Below the pieces are notes generated by a model that saw nothing but the letters and a program-made list of their open reading frames with translations, had not been told where the DNA came from and did not search any database. DNA of 64,000 bases, taken from the NCBI GenBank assembly GCA_002633005.1, contig NMRA01000281.1:327123-391122 (forward strand), written 5' to 3'. A program made the translations under genes and the position numbers. How positions within the stretch are numbered: the stretch's first letter is position 1; the number at the start of each line of letters is the position of its first letter. The DNA is from Phoronis australis. Taxonomy: Eukaryota; Animalia; Phoronida. Of the stretch, positions 1 to 11,800 are shown piece by piece.

Positions 1-3000
1 TTGGAGTACAAAGATTAGACCCTGGACTTAGGCGCAGGGTGTAATCTCTGAACTCAGACTCGATTCAGACTTCGTCATACCGCATTGTACGAGTGCAAGG
101 AGGTAAATTTAATCGAAGGGTGCCTTGAGCTTGGTAAATTTTCAATCGAATTGTGTTTCGAGCTAGTACAGCAATAAGATACCGGCCGGCTAGGTGAATC
201 GGTAACAAGTGATCCGCTTGCCTATTTATGGATAACATTGTGCTCAAGTGAATGGACAGGTCATAATGAACTACGTTTTTTTCAAAATAACATATATGGG
301 TGCACTATTAAGAGGAAATTTTCCGAATAAGCACTCCACTATCTGGACACTTTGACAATAGAACTTGTAACACCAAATAAACGCCCATGGGCGTTTTATC
401 GGATGGGCTTGTCTACGGAAAATCCTGGTACGAGTTTATCTCTTACTATCTGCTTGATTCAATACGTCCTATTTACTTATTTCCTTACTCATATCCTCCA
501 TAGATGTGGAATTTTTATGAAATGGTAGATATGATGTTTGATCCGAAGGCAGATCTGTCGTTTAAGGCGAGTGTTCATGGAGGGTCCCTATAAGTATCAG
601 TCGTCTTACGAGTAACTAGCATATCATTGATGTGCAGAGTTCTAATAGACTGTTCAGTCACGCATGACCACCATGGGGCGAACAGCCTAACAATACGTTA
701 TGTCACTGAAATGTAGTCTTCTCTCGTTAGGAAGGGGCAGATCTGCAGTCTGTTTAGGGGGTCGGACGTTAAACAAGCAGAGTAAGGCGCCGTATGTGTT
801 TTTGACAGCGGACCAGACGTCTGATCTGCTTTTGATTGATTCGCTGCTTAAGAAATGTGTTTCATCAGGCTTCCAATACGTCCGACGACGGTAGACAAAT
901 GTCCCATACCTATTCTCATTTCAGCCCCGATTACTGCCGTGGGTGTCGTGCACGTTACTTTACACACGTCTATTGGGGACTGGCTGCCGTCGAAATCACC
1001 GATTTGTGTCCTTTAGTGCGTTCAAAGTGTCCTGCTGACAAACCTAAGTCGGTGTGTGCAAAAGACCCCTGCGATAAAAAAGGTTCTTGCCGACGGTACC
1101 GCAGGAGGGCGATATGCAAGTGAGTTTGGAGTGGTATAAGCTTTCTTGGCAACACCACGCATATCTGTGTGAGATATTGCCGTGTCGAAAACGAGTGCTT
1201 TGCGTAGACGCAAGACATCTGCGAGAAAAGCAAAATCTCACAGTACCAGGCAAGACTCGAAGCGAGTGAACGGCTAGAGTTTCGCCGCTAGGCCTGCTCT
1301 CGAGATATTCGCTTACACTATCAAAATGGCGACCGCTGAAGTCACTGGCCGGAATGGCGAATTATGGGATAGAATTCACATTTTCCATTTCATAAACGAA
1401 CATTTTCGCAATGTCCTGCGAGTGTCTTGCATCTGCAGAATGCGTCCCAGGTTGTGTTCGAATGTTGCCCTGGAGACAGAGCCGATGCAATATTGGTGGC
1501 CTATTTCTTACAAGGAATGTACGTGATCCTATTGCTTTCGGCAAGTGGACTCGTGTGTGCCTTCATAAAATTGTTTTGAGCTGAGTAATGTTGCACATAC
1601 AGTAGCATCATTTCTAAAATCTATTGGTCTATTTATACTGCAATGTTTTGGTCGGTCATTTCTCCGGTCATCTTCATGTGCTACAGCGCTCTTAGAAGAA
1701 CAGACAAAGTTTTAAAAATCACGATAAATGTGTGGAGTATCGTTTATTTTTAAATTTATATAAGTTTCTGGAACGACTTAGACGAGTGAACAACTTAAAA
1801 TGTTAGTTCAAAATTCCGCAATTTCCCCAATTACAAATAACCTTGATATGTTGCATGGCTCAGTCTGTTGTGAACGGTTCCCCCGAGTTAGAAATTTGGC
1901 AACTCACAATTACAAGTTCTTTTTACACTTTATCTGGTCCACTTGTTTAGACCATGCCACGTGGCCTTATACTAGGACATATATAAATACTATCATTCGT
2001 ATTTTTCCAGGCCAGACTACTGTGGAGGCTGCCACGCCCGATACTTTATAAAGGTCTGGGGCAACTATAAAGAGGTGACTAACAGGTGCTAGACGACAGC
2101 GACTGTGCAAGAGACTTCTCCATATTATAACTACTTATTTAAGTGTTACCGTGTGATAAAGAAATTGATTGACGTTTTCGTTTTAAACAGTTCCAGTGTT
2201 GTCCACTGGACCCTAGTATTTAAACAATTCTTGAGATCTGCTGTTAAGAGAGGTCTGTGTAATGCGATGGAAGCCAGAGTTCGTGAGTGGCAAAACAGGC
2301 GTCAGTTTTGCCGTCCTTCACGGACAATAACAAAATAATTGCGGTGATTGCTAACTTTATGTTTACCCCCAGTGCTAGTGGATAACGCCCGTTTGTCGCC
2401 AGGTCTCTAGACGAGCCTAGACGTCACTGTGTTTCTATGTCAAAATTATCCTCAGACAGACAGAAGTGGGATTGTTTACCGTGATTTTCAAAATGCAATG
2501 TATTTTAGAGTAAAATTTAGGCATCCGTTGATCAACTACACTTGTATCATAATGCACTTATATTCATGTCTTAAAAGAAACTTTTCTATTCCAAAAAGTA
2601 ACATTACAAAACAGGCTTTCATGATAAACTCGCTCCCTGACAATGCACCCCACCAGTGAATTGTAACCTTTAGCGAGCAACAGTCTAGCCACCACCTCTC
2701 CACAGTCACTCCCACCCCGGGTGTCGCGCTCTGGAAGACGTGAAAGGAGTTGCAAGGACTCTAGGCGTTGTTAGTCCGTTTTAATACGTTAACAAGCCAA
2801 GAATAACTTCTCAGGAGAATACAATAATTGCCTGGAGTAGAGAGACATCCGGGAGTAAGTTGTTAAATGACTCGGAATCTGTTGAATACTCGAAAATAAT
2901 TCAACAAGGCAAGTGAAGTATCATTTATTTCCAATCGCGGGCGAGTGATATTATTTTTAACACAAATTGCATTCAGTGTAGAATTTTTGAATTTCTGGCT

Positions 3001-3610
3001 TTGCAAAAACAAAGTGGCCGCCACAGGGTAGTTCTATGGCGGGAAAAACGACTACAAAAAGCGCAATGATACACGGGACCGTAATTTACGAAAAATTTCT
3101 ATAAGAGATTCGTTTTATGTTTTCAAACATCCAGCCATTTAAATTGACTACAATCCTTAACAGCAACTTACTATTTATATAACCCTTTAGCTAGAATGGT
3201 GCACAAGAAGTAGTGGCAATGAAAGTGAATTTAGCAGTAGTTTAAAGTGGTGTATATTTAAATCAGAAAATTCAGAGTACACAAGCAAGCATCAGAGTAA
3301 AAAAAATCAAAAGAAACTATCAATCATCATATACTGATTTCTTAAAAGGTGCCACTAATTTCTAAAACCGGCCGTCACTTGTTAAGCATACGTTTGTTTC
3401 ACATATCACGTTATTTATGTTGCGTCAACGTCGACGAGCCAATTCCTTCCAATTCGATTTTATTACGTCACCTATCTTACGACTTTTACAGATAAGCATC
3501 AGCCGTTTTAGCTCGTGTACACTTACTTGTATTACTTGGGTGTACTACCTACGAATCATTAACCATAACTTAAACCTAGAAGTCGTATGACGTCATTGCG
3601 AACTAGACCA

Positions 3611-3855
3611 GGGGCCCGTTCCAAGAAAACTGACTTAGCTAAGACAAATCTTAGATTTAAGTCAATTTTAAGATATAACTTCAATGTGTCGTAAGTCCGT
3701 TCCAAGAAAGTGATCTTAAGTTTGACGTAAGTTTTTTACTTAAATTTTGTATTAAGTTAGACTTACTTAGCGGGTATGGAAGTTTCAAAGTTTGGAAGTT
3801 GAGACAAATCTTAGACTACTTAGCTTAGTCAAAAATGTTTCTTGGAACGGCCCCC
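3611..3855. mobile_element. MITE, about 245 bp, TIR GGGGCCCGTTCCAAGAA
   Basis: Terminal inverted repeats; second copy in opposite orientation at 5348-5597. Confidence 0.8.
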
Positions 3856-5347
3856 TGTACTTTAGGGCTGGGCTGCATAACCCAAAATCCAAAGGAGTTT
3901 ATCGGGGATCCAACCCCCCCCCTCCCCTGCTCGACCTGTCAAATCTTGCAGTAATCGAGGAACAAGGAGTGTGTCTTATGTCAGTTCATTGTCAGACCTC
4001 CAGGTCCTGATTCTGGCTACGCACAGGTGTGTTGCATGACATCACAAGCATTGTTCACTTAAACCTTTTCAAATCTAGCAAAATCGATGCGTACGCATCC
4101 CAGAGTATACATTTCAGGGATACGGGGTCTTAAAATCCAGAATCCAGAAACTGCTGTGTAGATTTTCGTCTCCTCGGGAAGCTGGCAGTTGATTTTGGAT
4201 AGTTGTTACACACAGAGACTATCGTGATAAATTGAATGTCTAGCTACTTGAAATAGCACTTACAAAGTGAGACGTACTTTGTATCTAAAGTCTGCACAGA
4301 GTGCCTGCTCGAGGTGACCGCTGTATACCACAATCATAAGCCTCTTGTAAACCGTGAAAAGGTCTGTTGTGACAACGATAAGCGACATAGTTTGACGTCT
4401 TATATGTTATCCGGCGTAGAGCTTTTCAACAAGCTGCTCTCTGTTACACTTCCAAGGATTTCTCAAGATATACAATCCTTTATAGCTAAACAGACGCTGG
4501 AGGAAACGCCTCGTTTCTTTACCTTTAGACACACTCGTGTCATGTAGCAGAACCATGCACGTATACTACTTATGTCGGTAAGCACGGCTAGTTTGTTTTG
4601 CATAATTCGAACCACTAACGTCCACCATTTGTCAGCGATGCACACTGGATATTTAGGGATTGAGCCATGGTACTGAAAGACTCTTGCGCTCAAATAGGCT
4701 CAGAAGTAACGTGTCCAAAATTACAACAACTTGCAAACATGATGAAGGAAGTGCCCGACGAAACCATTCGCGGAGATGCGAATGGAACTAAGGTGAATAT
4801 CTTCTGGCGAAATTGTAAGAAAGGATATTGTATCTGTTAAATGAAGAGTATAAACCTTCTGCAGTGTACGTCCGGAAGTGGATGTCAGTGATGTCATCTC
4901 GATTCTGGCACAGTTCCCATTGTAAAGCGTGTGCATAGATATTTATATATATGTACAGAAGTTGAACATTGTTTCAAAAAAGCAAGCGAGGACAGTCGCG
5001 ATTACAATGCACGATATCACAGTTCCAAGAAGCTTGCTTTATATGTCTGTCCTTTGCTCATCCTGAAGTACAAACAAAAATCACATCAAAAGCAACAAAA
5101 GTCTTAACAGTGTCCGTTCTGATCGGGGGCACGGTCGCGCTCAAAACGGCTATAAACCCGAGTTCCGACCAAGAGGCGAACTTTCATGAAGACCACTTGG
5201 TCCTTATTACTTAGAGGAGAACCGTTTTATGGGTTTGCAAAGAATTGACAGTTCGCTGTTTCGTGAGACCACGGGAAAACACACCGTGACGCGGTATTTC
5301 GTGAGACCATGGGAAAATACGCCGAGACGTGTCAACTCACAGAACCT

Positions 5348-5597
5348 GGAGCCCGTTCCAAGAAACTGACTTAAGTTCATTTTTGACTTAAGACTAAGAT
5401 TTGTCTTAACTTCCATACTTTGAAAATTCCACATCCGGTCAGATAGTTAAAATTAAGATTGAACTTTTATCAAAAACGTAATTCAAACTTAGGATTTCTT
5501 GCTGAAAACAGTCTGGAGAAAAATTTAAGTTTTATCTTAAAATTTACTAAAATTTAAGATTTGTCTTAGCTAAGTCAGTTTTGTTGGAACGGGCCCC
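5348..5597. mobile_element. MITE, same family as 3611-3855, nested in an older repeat
   Basis: GGAGCCCGTTCCAAGAAA...TTGTTGGAACGGGCCCC; the flanks resemble the uninterrupted sequence at about 38071-38310. Confidence 0.8.
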
Positions 5598-5849
5598 AGC
5601 TGGTCTCAAACAATAATGAACTGTCAGTTCTTTTGAATCGCTGAATCATCCTCAATTTGATTAAGGGCAATTTGAGACCAATTTCATAACGGTAAGTGCT
5701 CAAAATTAAAAGCTATTTTTTGTTATGGAAGTCGGGTTTACTGCCGCCTCAAGTTGGCACGCAACTTCGTACTTTTACTGATTTTTAGCACAGACATTAG
5801 AAACATAGAAGAACGGCCACAGATACGACGAAAACACACCTTCGTTTAT

Positions 5850-8800
5850 TCACTTGAAGTAACAGGGGTCCTTCTTGGTGCGACATAAGACATCTCTGAT
5901 GTGTGATCGAACTTCAGACATCTTAGGCGCGCTCTGAAATATTACAGTTTTTGCTGTGATACTCTTAAAAACATTTTAATTTCAACAATAATGCTAACAA
6001 TTAAATACACACCGCAAGTCTTACATAGAGGAAACACGCATTGCAGAACTAACAGCAACCTAAATTTACACGAAGAAAATTTAACGAGAGAAGTTTAAAA
6101 ATTTAAACACTGAAATCTAAAGAGCGACATCTTCGTGTGGTCTAGTCCACACGGCGATATATGAATCTGACGCTATATTTTTTGCACGGCCTCAAATGGG
6201 TAGTAAAAAATTCGGAAATAAGCGAATAATCTAGACTGAGTTTCGTAGAGCAAATTTCTTGCGAGAAAAGCGTGATCACACAAGAGATAACATATGATAA
6301 CGCCGACTTTATTCACGATTGTTTTGCGTCTCCGGAACGCACCCGTGGTTTGTTTGGCTCATTGTCCATACACTGCCGCACGATCACCTTTTACGTTGCT
6401 TTTCATAAGAAGTTTACATGCTACTTATTTCAGATTTAAAACAAAAAACCATCCCGTTATCCCACCACCATTTACTGTAAGATCAATATAATAAATACTT
6501 GCCGGCACACTGGGTCCTACGCTGGCTGCACGACGGTTATTTCCCGGGGTAGGAGCTTGTTTAAATTCTGAGGCCCTGCGCATGCGTAGGGTAAAGGGAT
6601 ATGAGCACAAATGACGTAATAACGAGCTAAGACGGTGAGCAACCAAGTGATCACTAAACGAGGCATAATTTTGTGCTAAAGTTTTGGATTTTTATACGAA
6701 AACTAGTGTTTCCGGATCCCTTTTAAAGAATAGTGAGGATATTTTGATTGTGTTCTCAACGACAGCAGCGAAATTGCAAGTCGCTTTTATGCCGACTGCT
6801 GGGAGTCTTAAGTCTTAATTATAAATTCACTCTTCACAACCTTCAGTTGAAAACTTGATATCTCACCGATGGCATATGAAACAAAAGTAGATAATTAATA
6901 CAAAGAGATTAGTACGACTAATATATGTACGGATTTCGTAGAGGATCAACCCAACGAGGGTCGGAAAGTGACCACTCAAAATTGGAGACAAACAATATGG
7001 CGGTGGTCTGGCTATTACACTAACACGTCTGTTTCAAACCGGCAAAATTCAACAAAAACAACTGTTTAAAATTGTGAACCATACAGATGTGCAAATTAAG
7101 CACGTGTTTTCTGAAACGGCATTTAACTGTTGATTTTCCAGTGGGTCAAATGTTTTAAAAAACATTTGACCCGCTCTAAGTTACAGTAGAGAGGTGGCAA
7201 GAGTTAGAACTAAGATCGTGGAACCTCCTACACTGTACCAAAACGGTGACGTCATACTTTCCGTCCCTAAATCGAATTCATTTACAGCTAAAGGTGAATT
7301 TTAAAAGTAATAGTGGCATCGCAATCGCTTCGTGACTGAACATCAAGCAATCCAGAAACCAAGCTGCAACAGTTCCGCCGCCATTGGGAAAGATGGGGTC
7401 AAACTGGAAAAAAGGGGGCCTACAAGTATTGAAAGGAACGTGACTTTAGGACGATGATAAGTATTGAGGAAATCCGGAGAATTAGTTATGGACTACATTC
7501 TCGTCTTCACACTTAATGAACATGGAGAAAACTAACAAGCATGTGGGAAAATCATACACGTATTATACCACGTATATTTATGTTTGAACCCGCCATTGTC
7601 TCGCAACTGTTGTGGCTTGGAACCCGCCTTCTACCATAAAGCTTTTTATTAGACCAGTTCCCTCTCATGAAATTGGTCCCAAATTTTGTGATTATTGGAG
7701 CCCTGGCTCAATAAGGTGACTTGACCATAGATTAAATAGTAGTTAATCTATGACTCGACCCAGCAAGTCATTTTATGCGCAAAGCACAATACGGCCAAAC
7801 CCGAGACCATTTCTAATATCTGAGTAAGGAACTAGTTGAGACCTATTTTATGACAAAAGTCAAGCTGTTTGACAGTTGGTGGGTTTACAGCAATATAGAG
7901 CCCTATGATGCCCATATCAAGGCGCATTTGCACTTTCGAGAGCTCCTCCTTTGTTACGAAATGGATGATAAGTCCAACATACCGGTATTTACATATCATC
8001 ACATCGCACTCGGCAAATAAAACCCACGACTTGGGTAAGAAAGTCAAATTTTACGAGTTCATTCCAATTCTCATTTCTTGAAGAACCCAGCACAGTAGCG
8101 GTTCTAACTTGGGTAAAAAGGGTCCTGTCATACTTAGGTAGGGCCCACTACGTTCTTAAGAACTTTGACGCAGCGGTTAAAACTCGAGTGGGGACCGAAT
8201 GAACATTAGAAATATTTGTTAGGCGCCGTCACACAATGACAAATTGGGGTGTGAGCGTTTTTTTTTTTGGTCACTTGTAGTTGGTCCACCAAGGCTGCCT
8301 TCTATGGCCATCTAACACGCGCATAACAAACTCGTATGACGATGCCTTTAAGATTGGCTGCGATGTGTTTGTGACAAGCCTACTACAGATGTAGCAGATC
8401 CGATTCGAAAATTCATTTTTGACAGAAAAATGCCCTGAAGATGGGTGGATTGGAGGCTGTAACTCAAAACCTTTTCCCATAAGACAAAGTAAAAATAGTC
8501 CATCGTTTGTACTACCTGGCGCTGCTGTTTGATCCATCCTCCTCAGAGTTCGCATCTGTGCGAATATACCTATCCATCATCAATTTATGTCTATCCAAAC
8601 CGTCGTACACTTCACGAACGCGTGCCCTCATACGGGTGTAAGAAGACGGCGGGGGTAGATCGGGCGTTTCCATTGCCAGCAAGCGTTTCTAAGAATACAC
8701 CAGAACTGAGAGTCACAAATTTTCTTATTGAGAGATGAATAAGCAACACGATAAAGCGACTACCCAACAAACAATATCCCGTGACGTCTCCACCGATCTC

Positions 8801-11800
8801 AGAATTTACGAGAACCACGATCGTTTTATTCAACGAGGTATTTTAAATGAGTTTACACGGCGGTGCTACTCACTTCTTTTCATACGTAGCAATTTGTCAG
8901 CAAAGATCGTTGGTCAGTTATATAAAATCCTATCGACTGGCTATAGGTACATATGCATGTAAGTCGCTTACAAGCTTAGCAATGTCTCTGCCTCGGAGTA
9001 GGTCGAGCTCAAGTCATCAGCGCAACTCGCTTTTACTAGTATGCCTACAGGTACCGGTATATCAAAAACCCTGCCTTTAGTTGTTGCAGAGCCCAAGACA
9101 CAGTTTGAATAGAAATTGATTAGAATAGAGATCAGCGCAAACAGCTACAAGTGCTAAGAAATATTTAAAACATACCTGTGGAGTCATTATTTGGTAATAA
9201 GACGGTGAATAATAGTTGATCGCCGGTTCTTCAAAGGAGCGCCCGATTTTAGAAGAAGGCTAGAAAAGGCAAAATGGTGAAAACAAACGGGAATCCCATT
9301 CGCAATGCTAAGAAACCGTGAGAGCAACGGTAGCGACCACCGCATCACGTCTGCTGTTGTCAGCGGGTTATTCAGATGGACGCTTCAATACGGTTAGAAG
9401 ATCGCGCGAGACCTCGCAAAATCACACGAGTGATAGGCAAATGTTTCAAGAGATCGGTCGTGCATTCCGTGGATGCGAGAAGCTCGCGAAAACACAAAAT
9501 CATCGTACCAACAAGACACTCGCAAGACATATGCGGAGAGAAATTTTCGTTTATGAACGGAAATTGAGAATTTTGTCTAATAATTCAACACTTCAGCCTA
9601 AGCAGTTTAACTAAAGTGGCGACCGTTTTGCTAGTGTACGTTAGTAATGTCTCGAGCGTACTGGCCTTTCACTAGCGTGACTTTTTTGCCTTGCGTGATC
9701 TTGTCTATTCGCAAGAAGCTAGCAGTAGCGCATCCAAAGTTTTCAGTGTGCACATCTTATGAAACATTTGGAAGCTGTGCAGCCTATCTGCAAGTGGGAC
9801 AAAGATATATCACATGAGGGCTAGCTTGAACGGTTCGAGGTGAATTCGGAGATTACAGCATGTTTACTTAAGTAGAAAAGAAAAATCCGACGATCGAGAC
9901 TAGAGACGTTCAACTTGATGTCACGCATGGACTATTTTGCTTAATTTCTGGGACACAAGTTTGCAAAGACACCTCACCTTAGTATCAACGATGGAAGAAG
10001 ATGTAACGCTCAGCTGACTCTGAAAAGACACGTTGAGTGAACAGGTGAAAACGTTTGAAAGGAAAGCGTTAAAAAGACAATTTATCAACGAGCAATCATG
10101 CCAACATATAAGCAGGAGTATTAACATATGCGCTAGAATAGACGATTTACGGTAGTAGGCCTAACAAGGTTTTCAAGTAACATATTTCGCGGTTTTGTTA
10201 ATGAAATGCGTAGCATTAGTCACAATGAAAGGGGCTTGAATGTTGTCGTTGTTCTTGTGCCTGGTGCGAGAAGCCACAAAACAGGCGCTACGACTCTGCG
10301 CTCAGAATACGGAAACGTAGTACAGCCTGAAATGGGATGTTAAAAAGCAAAGCACAAGAAGATATATGAGTAGCAATTAATAACAGCAATAAGATAATAA
10401 AATTGCCAGTGACTGAAACATTTTCACAAATATCACAGGCGACTGGTAGATGTCCTTTAAGCTGATCTTTGACGCAGTTACCTCTGGATCGTCTGATCGA
10501 GTCATCAGCATCTCAATGTTGGCACTGTTCGGTCCGCGTAGACTCTTGGATGACTTCGGTTTCGGTTTCAGATTTCTTTGGGATTTAAGTGCAGCCTAAT
10601 TCCAACAAGGCAATTCGTTCAGTGTATTAATAAGAAGGCAAAAACACTGTTGTTAAGAAATCGTTAATTTGAAATACAGACTAACACGTATGTGTTTCTC
10701 ATGAATAAAAAGAGGCTTGACCCGAGATTGTTTGTCACAAGTGAACCAAGCCGTTACCATTCTGGATTTAGACAATTGCAGAACATCAATAGCGCAACTA
10801 ATTTTATCAACACTGCTGTGATCTGACGTACATCAATTTAATTGCCTGGTAACGGAAAACTTGAAATGTGAACGATGCACCAGCCACCAAGAAACGTCAT
10901 GCGAGAGCGTGGATGGGACATTGTGGAAGCAGGCACGTGCGAAATTCAATAGTCACGTGCGCGCGAGAGGCTAAGAACGGAAAAGCTTGCCACGATGTAA
11001 AGCGAGACATGGCGTCATGGTTATTTCAATGCACAAAATGGCATATCACAAGGGAAGTAACGAAATTGACAATCCAAAAGCAGCGTCAGAGGTAGACTTC
11101 CTTGTCAAGCACTCAAGCGTCCGAATGCGTTATGTCTTTCACCGTCTTTGTTCTCGGTATTGGTGCAACGACAAGAAGAAAAGAAAGAAAGACGGAAAAA
11201 AGGAAAGAGAGAAAGAAAATGTAAAACTGCAGACAGATGCAGTGATAGAAAAAGATAAACGGAAAACTGAGTTTTTTTGCACTTTCAACTCGAGGTCAAA
11301 GACCGGTGATTGTAAAAACCTTTATGGTAGAACGGATTGGAGATGCTGACTTGGCCCGTTGTCTTCCAAAGCTCCTCAGATGGCGATAACGGGGCATAGT
11401 CAAGAAAACTGACTTTGCCACTCGTGTTTCCGGTTCATAAACGCCGTCATGTATGAGTTGCATCCCAACTTCAGCAAATGGATTGCGCCACACGAATGAA
11501 CGTCCTCCACGACGAACAAGTACCGCGCGACTTGGCTTTGTGTAGTCGTCCAATGTGACTTTACGACCAAGAACAACGAGAGGATGTTCAAAAGCACTAT
11601 TCTGCAACGGGGGGTAAACGAAGAATGAATTACAGAAAGGTGACGAATAGTAATGTGATTAATCTATTACATTGGAGGAAGAAGGGGAATATTTGATACG
11701 AAGTTATTAAAAAGTGCAGGCAACGATAAGAATAATTTCGTCACGAAATGCACAAATCCGTGAGTCATTTTGGATCTTAACGATATCACCATTAGCACGA

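Noticed and set aside
1-5200. Short ORFs in the first 5 kb (also 19.5-25.5 kb)
   Set aside because: No recognisable motifs and no phase-consistent exon chain found.
9378-9389. GGACGCTTCAAT as a docking site complementary to the cattcaagcgtcc blocks
   Set aside because: An 11/12 match is too short to distinguish from chance, and it lies two exons away from the array.
10288-10326. Extra terminal exon AVLRFRILSAES*
   Set aside because: The acceptor is plausible but there are only 12 codons and no other support.
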